A stretch of DNA of 63,907 bases, the filler included, from Atractiella rhizophila (Eukaryota): NCBI GenBank assembly GCA_021432655.1. It is 3 parts of 3 records of this genome, joined end to end, with 100 filler letters (N's around TTAATTAATTAA, not from the genome) between each part and the next. Parts side by side here need not be neighbours in the genome. Positions count along the whole stretch, not along the records: positions 1 to 31,346 come from MU271696.1; 2 more parts are not named here. The stretch is one strand, 5' to 3'. The notes beneath the pieces were generated by a model that saw only the letters and a list, made by a program, of their open reading frames with translations, had not been told where the DNA came from and did no database searches. The first letter of the stretch is position 1; every line of letters begins with the position of its first letter. The position numbers and the translations under genes were made by a program. Positions 13,280 through 25,526 of this stretch are shown here, piece by piece.

Positions 13280-14687
13280 CTAGACTGTTTTCTTTTCCAA
13301 CCCCCTCACGGCAACCTTCGCGTCCTCCACCCCCTCCTTCTCCCTCGCCTTATTCGGGGCGACTTCCACCGCATGCGTGCTCGGGAACCATCCCACTCGC
13401 CCTTCCCTCGTCCTGCCGCGCCACCATCCAGGGATCGTCCTCTCCTCCGCTGGCGTTAGGACGGCAATCACGTCTCCTTCTGAGAATGCAAGTTCTTGCT
13501 TTCCTTCTTCTTCCGACGCTGGAGTATAAGCGTGGGTAGCGCGAACGAAGGTCAATTTCGATGGGTCGATCGTCGCTGCCGACTGTGGTGCAAGGGCGGT
13601 GTTTTGGGTGGGGTGGATGAGGAGGGGTTGGCCATCAGGTCCCATGATCGCCTGTGGAGGGAGCCCAAGCGCGGCTCGTCGACGAGCTTCAGCTTCTTGA
13701 GAGGCGGTGATGAGGCGGATGAGCTTGCTCATGAGATATGGGAGACCGATGACGGTGACGAGGAAGAAGAACAAAGGTTTCTTCGACACCTTTGGACGAT
13801 CCTTTGTCGCCTCCTTCGCTGCGCTGCCCAACGCTGGAACCGCCTTCCCCTCCTCCCACGCTTTGAACTCCTTCATACTCCACTCTTCTCCTCCATTGCC
13901 TCTTAAGGTCTTGAACCACCTCCAAAACGCAAAGATGCTCAATATCTGCCCCAGATATTCCTTCACCATCCCGAACTGTTCCGCCACCCCGATCATGGCG
14001 AAGAAACTCGAATGGGTGGCCATGAAGGTGGATTCGAGCATCTGGGCGAAGCCTCCGAAGGCAGAAACGATGGAGTGGAGCATGGCGAATGTGGCAGACG
14101 TCGAGTTTTCGAACTGTTGCGTAAGGGAAGGAGGAGCACCGGGTTGATTTGGGCCGTAATGGGTGGCCATGAAGGTGGATTCGAGCATCTGGGCGAAGCC
14201 TCCGAAGGCAGAAACGATGGAGTGGAGCATGGCGAATGTGGCAGACGTCGAGTTTTCAAACTGTTGTGTAAGGGAAGGAGGAGCACCAGGTTGATTTGGG
14301 CCGTAAGGAAAAGAGGATCCATAGCCGCCATACCCCCCATAACTTCCATATCCTCCTCCGTAACCCCCATAAGAGCCGTAGGAGCCATATCCGCCTAACC
14401 GGGAGTATGGGGAATAGCCGAGGGAAGAGCCATATCCCAATCCGAGACGGGACTGATATGGCGAAGAATACGACGTCGATGCTTTCGCCACCTCTTCAAC
14501 CGCACATTCATTACAGAGAACTGAAAGACATACCTAGTGCATTGGAAGTGGCAGGGAGGGTGTCTGTCGAAGTGGCGAGGGAGGATATTGAGGATGTCAT
14601 TTCTGCTGGTTTCGCAGGGAGTGATGGGGTTACTGTCGCTGAGGCTCCGGTAGAGCGCTCCCAAGGTTTTGGAGGTGCAGGTGTCAT
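13280..14687 (-). CDS. PEX13: Peroxin-13
   Basis: N-terminal PPKPWE, YG-rich region, SIVSAFGGFAQMLESTFMATHSSFFAM, TM segments, C-terminal SH3 (ELAFSEGD..GWWRGR..GWFPS). Confidence 0.96.
14012..14305. repeat. 147-bp in-frame tandem duplication inside the PEX13 CDS
   Basis: Copies at 14012-14158 and 14159-14305 differ at only 3 positions. Confidence 0.95.
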
Positions 14688-15331
14688 GGTACAAGTCAGG
14701 AATGAGTGAGTCGAGCAGATAAGTGAAGAAGTGAAGTGGTTGTTAAATGGGAAGGGATGCCTCAAGTTCAAAAGTTACCGGAAAAGCCGAATTGTTCCCG
14801 GATCCCGTGACCTCCATTAATGAAGGATGGAGGCTGGCTAATAACTTTGATGCCAACGTATTGCAAAGCAGGTGTGATATCCTCAACATGGGCTTGCGCT
14901 CCTTTGCTGGTCTAATTATCCAATAACCAACAACAGCCTGAGAGGGGAATGTATGCCGGAAAAGTTCAGTGGATCTAATGTGCGAGACGGCTCTGTCTTT
15001 GTGTGCCAGCGGCAAGATCCTCAACTAGCGATTGTGTGTGAGCACGCAAGCAGATTGTCGTATGTAGCGTTGCTGGTCTAGCGCGCTCTGAACCGCGCTC
15101 CCCTTCTTGCACAAACCCATTGACCCATCCCGAATGATAACGCTCACGAGTCCAAATCTCATACTCTCAAGATGACAGCTGCCTCACATGATCGAGGTAG
15201 ATGTTCGTTTCCAACAATTCTCAATGAGAGGCGAGTTAATGCGAACGAGGAGCGCCGGAGGAACTTTGAACGCAGGAGACGCTCATCCGATTCTGATATC
15301 CGATTCTGATATCCGATGAGAAGGGTTAAGA

Positions 15332-16058
15332 TTACAGGGTGAGGTTATATTCGTAATCATCGGAATTCTGAGCCATCCACAACACCACCGCACTTGACAC
15401 ATCCTCAGCATACACCCCTTACGCTACAGGATGAAACACACACCTAAGCATGATTGCGATACTCTGCACTACGTTTGATACTCCCCACCAAACAACAAAC
15501 GACTGTTCCCACTGAGGTAACACATACTTGAGCAACAGGATGGTCTACCATGAACAATTCACGTCACACCTTTCCAAAACCGAAACAGAGAAAGAACCGC
15601 GCACCACACTCCCGGCGAGTCCGCCGGCCATCAAACTAAAGCCACAGAAAAGAAAAGTGCGCGCTTTCCACGCAGAGGTCCCGTCGTAATCTTCAAGAAG
15701 TCTCTGTTTGTCGATGAGGTTGACGATTGTCATCCCAAGGGTTGCGCAAAGACCAGGGATCCAATCGATGAATTTCACTCGGACGGGAATGAGGGGGAAG
15801 GGTTCGTCAGGATTGGGGTCCCGGTATCGTGAAGAGAGAATTGCTGCATCGATGAAGCACCACCAAGCGATAGCGAACTATGGTTTCCGTCAGTATTTGT
15901 CAGTTTCATTATGCAAGAGAGGATGAACCCACCAGACCCCCCGCAAGATAGACAAGAATCTCCCTTTTCCTCGGTCCCAAATTCAGCTTTGGGAAGCGAA
16001 TTATGCATACTCTTCTGGGGTCATAACTGTGGTGAGGTACAGAAGTGGGAGGTGGCAT
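15332..16058 (-). CDS. VPS68: Vps68/UPF0220 (TMEM50) family membrane protein
   Basis: VYLAGGLFAIAWWCFIDAA, FIDWIPGLCATLGMTIVNLIDK, WKARTFLFCGFSLMAGGLAGS, C-terminus DDYEYNLTL. Confidence 0.9.
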
Positions 16059-16715
16059 CTTCGTTGACTTTGACTTCCTACTTCACTGTTACCGAAGGCA
16101 ATCCTTGGAATCCCGAGGCGGAGTTGGTCACGTACAATGAACTTGGCGTCAACTGATGCACGGTTATTTAGCTTTCAAGTAAGTTATTTAAGCTCTGACG
16201 CAATCTCAGATCTGCTCCCTTTGTGGTGCCGAACATGGCTGCCATAAAAGGGCATCGAAAATTATCAGCTTCCCCCCCCCCAAACCAAACGCAACAACAA
16301 AAAAAAAAAACACAGCAACAGGCCACCTGCTCTTCATAATTTATCGCCCACGTTCGACAGTTGACATCTCGAACCTAGCAGGAGTCCAGTAAAGCGCGCA
16401 GTCCCCGTCCACAATAAATCACATCCCAAGTACTTCGTTGCTCAAGTTCGTCCGTGAGTCAAATGGTCGCCATCTTGATCTATTCTTCCTGAATGAACGT
16501 GTCCTAGATAGACCTCGAGACAGCACAGCTCCCGTTCGACAAGTTCAACTGCCAACACATTCAAGTTTGAAATCCACTCAGTGGTCGCGTTCATCTCGTT
16601 CACCTTCCCCTCACGATCTCAATCTCCTTGGACACTGCTAAACAGGACTCGAGGGGAAAGCATAAAAGGGCTCTAACCTATTCCTCAACACTTTCCAAAA
16701 GAGAATTTTCGAATC

Positions 16716-17618
16716 ATGCCACTTATTCGACCTGCAAGATTATCTGGAGAACCCTCGTCCAAGACTTGGGTCGCTCCATTGCAAACTGAGAAAAGACTCG
16801 AAGTTGCATTGCGACAGGAGGAAATTAAGAACGTCCAATTGGAGGAGATGCTGGAAGGCGGCCGAGCTTTGGCGTTGAGGGGAGCGGGAGGATACGGCGG
16901 TGCGATGGGACTCGGGGGGAGACGAGGCAGTCTTGGTTATGGAGGCATGTATGGAGGTTTACTCGACGACGATATGTACAATCCGAGCCTGAGCGGAGGT
17001 CGCACTCGCTGGCCTAGGCAGACTTGTGGGTTTCCTCCTTGTTTTTGACTCGGTTGAACTCATGGAGGTAATACAGACGCAGCGCGAAAACTCTCCATTC
17101 CACTTCCAATCCACGAGCTCATCGCTACTTACCCGCTTCGCATCCCCATGTCTGCACATTCTCATATTCATTCCCACCGCATCCATTCCCACCGCCATCC
17201 CATCATAACCATGCATCCCGTCATTGAAGGAATTCGACCTACTTTTGTCGACCAAGAGATCGCTCTTCGCAAGCTTGAAGAAGCCGCTCTCCGCTCAGGT
17301 GTGGACGGGCTCGTAGACGTGAGGATGGTATGGAGTCAACTGGAAAGAACTATCATTGCGGAGGGACGAGGGGTGCTTTGCAGTCCCCTTGGTGGTCTAG
17401 GTCTCGGAGGAAGGAGAGGACTGTTGGGTCATGGAGGTCTAGGAGGCGGTTTGGGAGGGCTAGGAGGTTACGACGATCTCGATCTCGGAATTGGAGGGTA
17501 TGGTGGCAGAGGATTGGGACACCACCATCACCATCATGGTCTAATCGCTGGAGGACCTTACCGAGGACTCGGTGGAGGAAGAAGAGCGATGACGCCGCCG
17601 CTTGGGGGTTATCTCTGA
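16716..17618 (+). CDS. Gly/His-rich hypothetical protein (probably two exons)
   Basis: The two ORFs can be joined in frame by a GT-AG intron at about 16999-17076; CATAAAA TATA-like element at about 16661. Confidence 0.6.
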
Positions 17619-17883
17619 TACGAACAATGTCGGTCTACCAGGAGGAATGCCGTGCATCCAACTGATCCGAATCACGCTATAATACGTCCTAAATGCCAAA
17701 ATAATCGTCTACACCACAACCACAATCGATGCATCTTCCCAACCGACAGGAAGAAGTCATGACTTATGATTTTCGCTTGTTCATAACATATCAGGATAAC
17801 CTATCTTTTTTGGACTCGTCCTATTTGGGACGATATTGAAGTCAATTTCGTTTTCTCTGTTGTATTCCAAACCGTTTTTGGTG

Positions 17884-19921
17884 CTCTTTCTTGACTGCGG
17901 TGGAAAATGTAATGATTAGAATGGACAACTCCAGAGTGCAAAGTTAATGTCAAAGTAGAGTCTCCCTACAGTGCGGCATTATAACGTAACCAGCACGACT
18001 CATAAAACTTCAGGTTTTTGTTGGGATACGCAAAGCTTCAGCCAAAACTTAGTCTAAGGAGGATTGTCCGTCCTCTACGCTTTGGATAACAAGACGACCA
18101 GACCATATGTTACATTAATACAAATAAAGGTTGTCTGGAGCTTATCGATACCTTATTAAAGCGATTGGGAGGCAGCGTAGGGAATAACATCCTGAACGCT
18201 TGTCTGGAATGCCCCCTAATTCTATGAAGTGACGATACACTTATGACGATGTATTGATGAATGGACTCTCACCCCGTTTCTGCAGTTCTAGAGATCTGAT
18301 TTTTCTTTGCAAAAGGACATGGGAGTTCCTATTTGCCAAACAAGGATTTCAAGTTCGTGGTGATGGTTGCAAGCATCGCGTTCGGTTCGTTAGGTGATGT
18401 TTGAAATTTACGCACTCACGAAGCCCCATTTACTTGGAACGGTGTTGTTCCGCTCATACCATGCTTCCAAATGCTTTGGCGTCGCTACAACAGTATAGAG
18501 TCCTTCGATGTCCAGCCGTCATGACACATAATCGAGATGAATCCTCTCATTCTTTTACCTCGTTTGAACGGAGTTTATTACTTCCTCTCCAAGCTGATTC
18601 TTATGGAAGTTTTTCCGGAGGTATGACATCAAAGTGGATGGAGCGAGGCAGCTTAGAAGGACTAGTTAGGCTCTTCCAGTTGAATCGCACAGGAAGAGGA
18701 AGAGTGGTGAAGGAAACGGCATGTGGGCATCGTGGACATTCACTAGCAATAGTGCGGTCATAACAGTATTTGTTTTCCGAGTTCAGTAGTCGTTAGAAGC
18801 ACTCCCTTGGCGCCTATACCTATGAAGCTTGAACACTTAAGTCCCAACGGTAAAATGGGGGAGAAAGAATGTGCACTTGGATTGATATTCTAGCTTGTTT
18901 AACATAGGGAACTCTTTCTTGATTGGGGTGGAAAATGTAATGATTAGAATGGACAACTTCAGAGTGCAAAGTTAATGTCAAAGTAGAGTCTCCCAGCAGT
19001 GCGGCATTGTAACATAACCAGCACGACTCATAAACTTTCAGGTTTTGTTGGGGTAGGCAGACCAAAGCTTCAGCCAAAACTTAGTCTAAGGACGATGGTC
19101 CATCTACGCTTTGAAGTTTACCTTGGATAACGCGACCAGACCGTACGGTACATTACTACAAATAAAGGTCATCTAGGCCTTATTAAAGCGATTGGGAGGC
19201 AGCGTAGGGAATAACATCCTGAACGCTTGTCTGGAATGTCCCCTAATTCTATGAAGTGACGATACACTTATCACGATGTTGATGAATGGACTCTCACCCC
19301 GTTTCTGCAGTTCTAGAGATCAAATTTTTCTTTGCAAAAGGACATGGGAGTTCCTATTTGCCAAACAAAGATTTCAAGTTCGTGATTATGGTTGCAAGCA
19401 TCGCGTTCGGGTGATGTTGAAATTTACGCACACGCGAAGCCCCATTTACTTGGAACGCTGTTGTTCCGCTCGTCCCATGCTTCCAAATGCTTTGGCGTCG
19501 CTACAACAGTATAGAGTCCTTCGATGTTCAGCCATCATGACACATAATCGAGATGAATCCTCTCATTCTTTTACCCCGTTTTGAACGGAGTTTATTAGTT
19601 CCTCTCCAAGCTGATTCTTCTGGAAGGTTTTCCGGAGGTATGTCATCAAAGTGGATGGAGCGAGGCAGCTTAGAAGGACTAGTTAGGCTCTTCTAGTTGA
19701 ATCGCAAAGGAAGAGTGGTGAAGGAAACGGCCATCTGGGCATCATGGACATTCACTAGCAATAGTGCGGTCATAACAGTATTTGTTTTCCGAGTTCAGTA
19801 GTCGTTAGAAGCACTCCCCTGGCGCCCATACCTATGAAGCTTGAACACTTAAGTCCCAACGGTAAAATGGGGGAGAAAGAATGTGCACTTGGATTGATAT
19901 TCTAGCTTGTTTAACATAGGG
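17884..19921. repeat. Head-to-tail diverged tandem duplication of an ~1.02 kb unit
   Basis: Units about 17884-18910 and 18913-19921 are colinear with scattered SNPs and indels. Confidence 0.93.
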
Positions 19922-20012
19922 AGAGCAATGCTCTGGGACATCACAACAAATCCTTGAAAAGAGTGACGTTCCATTTGACTACTATTGCATGGCACATTGA
20001 AATCAAACCACC

Positions 20013-21124
20013 TCAGTGCTTTGAGAGCCATTCGACCTGGAAACAAGATCAGGGTCATAGTGTGATAGTGACCTTGGGCAAGGTAGCTTACAGCATCAAA
20101 GAACGCGGCCTCTTTTGCCTCTCTCTCAGCAGGGATTGACTGTAAGAAGTGCGTCAGTTTCCTGAATTACATGCTTCAGACCAGACCACTAACGAGATTA
20201 CCACGAATGGCAAACCCATGCGGCACTCCAGGGAACGCATTCCTAACGTAGCCAGGCTTGTATCCATCCATAATCCCATCGACCAAGGCCTGGCTCGAGA
20301 TATTGAAGAAATTGTCAACGTTTCTGAAAGAGGCATGAGTTCAGGGTCTAAATTCTGGATCCGACATACGCATTGATTTGGAAAGGAACATGAGACGACT
20401 TTCGAAGATCCACGAAGTCATCAGGCAAGGTCAGAAAGCTTGGATGCGAAGTCGACGAAGCCGCGACGAGGTTGAGTTGTGCCAGTTTGATCGCGTGCGG
20501 AGCTGCAGAAGGCTCAGTGTGAAGAATGTCCGGAGCTGAGGAGCAAAATAACAAGCCTCCAAAACAGTAACCAGAGCTCACGAAGCGTTTGTAGCCTCTC
20601 TTCTTGAGCCCTTCAATGAGATTCAAGATGATAGGAAACGTCTCAGATGCTGTGTGATTGACTTTCCAGACGTTCAAAAAGTCAACAAGCTACAAGTCAG
20701 TTAGTTCAATTGACGTTCGCATGTCAAGATCAAGCACATTAGGATCATTGAGTTCAGACAAGGGCACGGGGTCTCCTCTAAGGTAATCTGGCGCATAGAC
20801 GTCAAAAAATTGTGAAAAATCATCCGCAAGTAGCTTGTTGTTGACCTCTGGCAAGCCGAAGACGTCGCTGAGGTAGATGAGAGCAGTGCGTTCATGTCTG
20901 ACTGGCTCTTTGCTGACACTAACGTAGGTTGAGACTCCATTGATCGTCTTCATAGTCCCTACAGGTACGATCAGAGATACCCAGTTTCCACGTAGAAAAA
21001 CCAAACCATTAGGTGTGCCTTCCCACAGCACTCCTTTCCCACAATCTGGGCCGAAAGGTATGGTATAACTGCGAGGAAGGAGGGCGGCAGAGGCAGAAGC
21101 GGCGACCAAAACCGTGAGCTTCAT
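20013..21124 (-). CDS. Dienelactone hydrolase (AIM2-like alpha/beta hydrolase) with N-terminal signal peptide, copy 1
   Basis: MKLTVLVAASASAALLPR; EGTPNG; LSDVFGL; YAPDYLRGDP; GYCFG; NVDNFF; PGVPHGFAIRG; ends VEWLSKH. Confidence 0.88.
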
Positions 21125-21252
21125 AGTTGCTTTATCTTTCCTGCGAACAAAGCTTTGCGAATGAACCATTGTCATTGAGAATCGTCGCTTTTATACCTAA
21201 ATGGTAGACAGTCTGGCTTGACTGGCCATTAGGCAACAGGTGTAAGAACGTT

Positions 21253-21304
21253 AGCGGACGGTGAGTAACGATCCGCGGCATGGAACTTGGAATAGGACAG
21301 TCCT
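21253..21304. promoter_or_regulatory. Conserved upstream motif block of DLH copy 1
   Basis: GCGGACGGTGAGTAACGATCCGCGG plus AGGACAGTCCT, about 60 bp upstream of a minus-strand TATAAAA; shared with the paralogues. Confidence 0.6.
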
Positions 21305-21932
21305 TTCTTTCTGAACAGGTTTCGCCTATAGAAATGGAGAGGAATGAATGAGAAAGTTTACATCCATTGAAAGTGCGAGGAAAGAGTTCTGTGTCATGAC
21401 ATGAATAGGTAAATTGAAGTGTTGGTAAAGATAGGCTACAGCTGACACATTCATCTCATTCAAGGAACGGCGCGGTGTGTCGATAACTAATAACCATGAT
21501 AGAACTCAGCGCCATCATCCTAAAATGCTGTGAGTTTGCCTTTCAGACTCAAACTTTGCCGTGCGCACGATCCTAGCGCCGGTGGAGAGAAGCCTACCCA
21601 AGCCCTCCCTCGTTCGATAGTGGATCTAATTGTAGCTCCACGCTTTTATGCATATCTAATCACTTGGAGAGCTATTCCGGCTGCTAGCTTAGTCTGGCTC
21701 TACGCTCAAGGCGTGATGATGGCCCAATTTCATTGCTGAACCAAGCGTCAAGCTCTACAAAGTCAAATTGACTTCGTATTTAAGTTCTGACAGTTTGGCT
21801 GATGTCTCTTCATGTTTTCTTTGAGCTCGCTCACGGAGAGCCGCAATAGGTCCAAAGTTAATGTTTTGAACTTTCATGGTCCCCAAGGTACTCGAAAGTT
21901 AAGCATTAGATATGGACGAGGGCCAAATCACT

Positions 21933-23032
21933 TCAGTGCTTTGACAGCCATTCCACCTGACAAGAATCTCAGTGATATTGGTCTCGCAGACAGGGGGACA
22001 GCTCACGGCGTCAAAAAATGCAGCTTCTTTTGCCTCTTTCTCGGCAGGGATGGACTGTACGAAAGATCTCAGCGTCGTCAAGGCGTAGCCAGCAACTGAC
22101 AAGGTTACCGCGAATGGCAAATCCATGAGGCACTCCGGGGAACGCATTCCTAACGTATCCAGGCTTGTATCCATCCATAATCCTATCGACCAAAGCCTGG
22201 CTAGAGATATTGAAGAAATTATCCACGTTGCTGAGAGGATGCGTCAGTTAAAACGCCCAGATTCCAGCTCCAACATACGCGTTGATTTGGAAAGGAACAT
22301 GGGACGACTTTCGAAGATCCACGAAGTCATCAGGTAAGGTCAGAAAGCTTGGATGCGAAGTCGACGAAGCCGCGACGAGGTTGAGTTGCGCGAGTTTAAT
22401 AGCGTGAGGACCTGCTTGCCGGAGTAAGCGCGCTAGGAACTCTAGCAGCAAAACGAACCTCCAAAACAGTAACCTGTGCTCACAAACCGTTTGTATCCTT
22501 GCTTCTTGAGACCCTCAATAAGATCCAAGATTATGGGAAACGTCTCCGAAGCCGTGTGATTCACTTTCCAAATGTCCAAAAATTCGACAACCTGGAAATT
22601 ATGTTAGCTATTAACGCCTCTGGAATCGGGAGATAGAGAACATTAGGGTCATTAAGTTCAGACAGGGGGACAGGGTCTCCTCTGAGGTAATCGGGAGCAT
22701 AGACGTCGAAAAATTGTGCAAAATCATCAGCAAGGAGCTTATTATTGACCTCTGGAAGCCCGTAGACGTCGCTGAGATAGATTAAAGCTGTCATTTTATG
22801 TCTCGCCGGCTCCTTGCTGATACTGACGTAAGTTGACACTCCATTGATCGTCTTCATAGTCCCTGTAAAACAGAACTTAGAGATATCCAGCTTTTAACAA
22901 GGAAACGAGACCATTAGGTGTTCCTTCCCAGGTTACCCCTCTTCCGCAATCTGGTCCAAAAGGGATAGTGTAACTACGAGGAAGAAGAGCGGCAGATGAG
23001 TAGGCGGCAAGTGCCACGAGGCTGAGCATCAT
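21933..23032 (-). CDS. Dienelactone hydrolase family, signal peptide, copy 2
   Basis: MMLSLVALAAYSSAALLPR; same exon structure and GYCFG/D/HGF triad as copy 1. Confidence 0.88.
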
Positions 23033-23160
23033 CGTTCTAACGCCTTTTCTTGAAAATTTGCTGATGAGTATTGGAGCAAGAAACCTGCCATCTTTATATG
23101 ATGCACACTGTCATTTGGTCGGGAGTCTGATTGGGAAGCGCAGGTGATATCTGGAATTTA

Positions 23161-23211
23161 AGCGGACGGTGAGTAACGACGCGCGGCAAGGAGGATAAAA
23201 AGGACTTTCCT
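23161..23211. promoter_or_regulatory. Conserved upstream motif block of DLH copy 2
   Basis: GCGGACGGTGAGTAACGACGCGCGG plus AGGACTTTCCT upstream of the TATA at about 23093-23099. Confidence 0.6.
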
Positions 23212-23931
23212 TTCCTTTGTTCCAGTCAACTGCAATCAGCGTGTTTACTTATGCAGACGTAGAGGGAATGGAAAGCGCACAAGTAATACATGGGAAGCTG
23301 TCACCACTCCGATGGACATAGATCCGAGATGAGCACTTACTAAACATCGACAGAAGCAAAGCTAATTGAGCCCGAAGCTCAGCTGACTATTCTCCTCATT
23401 TCGTGAAGTGGAACTGTACAACGTAATGTAGAAGAGCCAAATCGTCTGTCGGCGAGAGATCGAGGTGGAACGGTCTGCGGCAACACGCGAATCATCGATG
23501 CAATGATGCAATGTTTGAACATCTGAACCAAGAATATATGAGTTTCAAAGTGCTGGAAGGCATTCTCTCTTCGTCCAGGCCGTCGTAATGCCACAGTATG
23601 CTGCTCCACGAAACATTCCATATTCACTCTGGCTTCGGATTTAGTCAAGATATTCAAATGGCTAAGTTGAACATACAGGGTAGCCGACTTTTCCAAGTCT
23701 TAGTTCGCATGATAGGTGGTTGGAGGTGTGGATGGGGTACCAGACGATTCTGGGCAACAGGAAAGCGGAACATCTGGCGCAGAAAAGAATGTTCATATTT
23801 CGACATCAATTTTTTTTATTGACTCGGTCGACATACACAAATAGCTATGATATAATCACTGATTGTCGTGAAGTGAACGGAATCATCACAAAACAAAAAA
23901 GAAAGTGACAAACAGTAATGATCACAATCCC

Positions 23932-25526
23932 TTACACTTTGCCATTCCCACCCGCATGTCTTTTTTCCATAAATTCCAACATCTCTTCTGGCAGAGCACC
24001 TTCTTCCCTCATAGTGTCCAAAATATCCTTCCTAAAAGCAGGGTCATTGTGCATGTTTTGACTAAATTGCTCGAAACTAGCCCTTTCCTCAGGGGTCATC
24101 GAATTGAGAAGGCGTTCAACCATGTCCTCCAAAGGAACGTGGGTTACCGAGATTTCAGGTCGAGCACTCACTTCCGACTTAGTCATCATCTCCGCGATGA
24201 AGTGTTGTTTGGGACCATCCTGTGTGAACAAGATCACCTTCGCATTCGGATCGGAAGCAATACGTTCGAGATCAGAAAAATTAGGATTTTGACTAGTTCC
24301 TCGATTGGGAGAAAAAGCTGGCGGTGCCGAAATCGACTCTTCCATCGCGCGGAGGATGGGCTCGGGAACAAGGAAGTCGAAGAGTTTCATGGTCGGAAAG
24401 AGAGTTTTGGTGATTTCAATGGCTTTGTCCCGTTGTCCCATCGCAGCATAGAGGATGGCGAGAGATATTTTCGGTACAAGGATGTCGGGGAAACCCAAGT
24501 TTTCCAATTCAGCGTATTTGATTTCCTTGAGTAAGTGGTCGATATTCGCCAGGGAAATTGTATCTGGTTCCCGACAAAGGCCGACCACCGCGGGCAGGGG
24601 AAGCTTCTTCTTGCTCAAGAAAGCCCTCCTTTGATCCGATTTTTTCATCTCGACGATGTTCTTCAAATCGCAAGCCTCACAATGGCATTCCAATGACCAC
24701 ATGCGCTGAAGGTCCGATTGGCGTTGAGTTCTGGGACGCATAATATCCACGTTATGGTTGGTGATGCTCGCTCCTTTAGGTATGAAGCGGACTGCAAGAA
24801 CTTGATTCACGAGAGAGTCTTCGAAACGACGCATGTAAGTGTTGGGACAGCAACTATTAGTTCGTCGGTCAATAGGTATTAATTGTAAGAGTGAAAAGCA
24901 AACCTGTGTTCCATTCTCGATATCCTGTTAAAAACCTCGCAGTAAGGCATCTGGTCGTCGTCCGAAAAATGTTTGGCAACTGCGTTGGACCTCATGATTG
25001 CCGCATTTATGGGGACCTCTGGACCTTTGCAGTTAGGAAGGGTGTCCCATGCTTTCCGATTCTCTTCTGGAAACAAAGCGACGAGAGCTTCTAGGTCGAC
25101 TAGAGATATTATCCTCGGCGCGACAATGAGTGGGCATTCTTCTACGATGATCTCCCCAACGGCGATATCCCTCGTCGCCACCATCAAACCCCTTCCGCTG
25201 GGACCGCGTTTAGGCGCGATCTCAAATGGCCATCCTTGAGGAGGTGGAGTGATGGGTTGGAGCGTATACTTTGAAAGTGTTTCTTTGGCGGCGGGATAAA
25301 GGTAAAGGGCGGTCTGAAGAGAAGGAGGGCCTTGTTCTGGGTGTAAGAAAATAGATGCTTTGAGGTGCTCGTGCCTCTTCCACGTCTCTTGAGCCGCGCT
25401 AATGAAAGCTGGAGACCCAAACCGGAGGTCATTCATGCTACGTTCCTCCCCTTTCGGATTCGTCTCGCTCCTCGCTTTAGACGCTTGCTTTTTGGACGAT
25501 TTGCTAATGAGGAAACCGGACTGCAT
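23932..25526 (-). CDS. SET-domain protein (SMYD/Set5-like), 2 exons
   Basis: GRGLMVATRDIAVGEIIVEECPL; ISRMEHSCCPN across the intron; AVRFIPKGASIT; post-SET WSLECHCEAC. Confidence 0.85.

Noticed and set aside
8239..14687. PEX11 and PEX13 proximity as a peroxisome gene cluster
   Set aside because: They are separated by unrelated genes and no shared motif was seen; plausibly chance without synteny data
13496..14709. Multiple antisense ORFs over PEX13 and other genes
   Set aside because: They are shadow ORFs from codon bias of the real gene
15286..15317. 13-bp tandem repeat TCCGATTCTGATA
   Set aside because: A simple slippage duplication just 3' of the VPS68 stop, with no further support
21260..21270. 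GGTGAGT in the conserved DLH upstream motif as an antisense splice donor
   Set aside because: Copy 3 reads GGTAGT and the conservation extends well beyond a donor site; a transcription-factor site is more parsimonious, though a donor is not excluded
23230..23900. Protein-like fragments between DLH copy 2 and the SET gene
   Set aside because: Interrupted by stops in all frames and not identifiable
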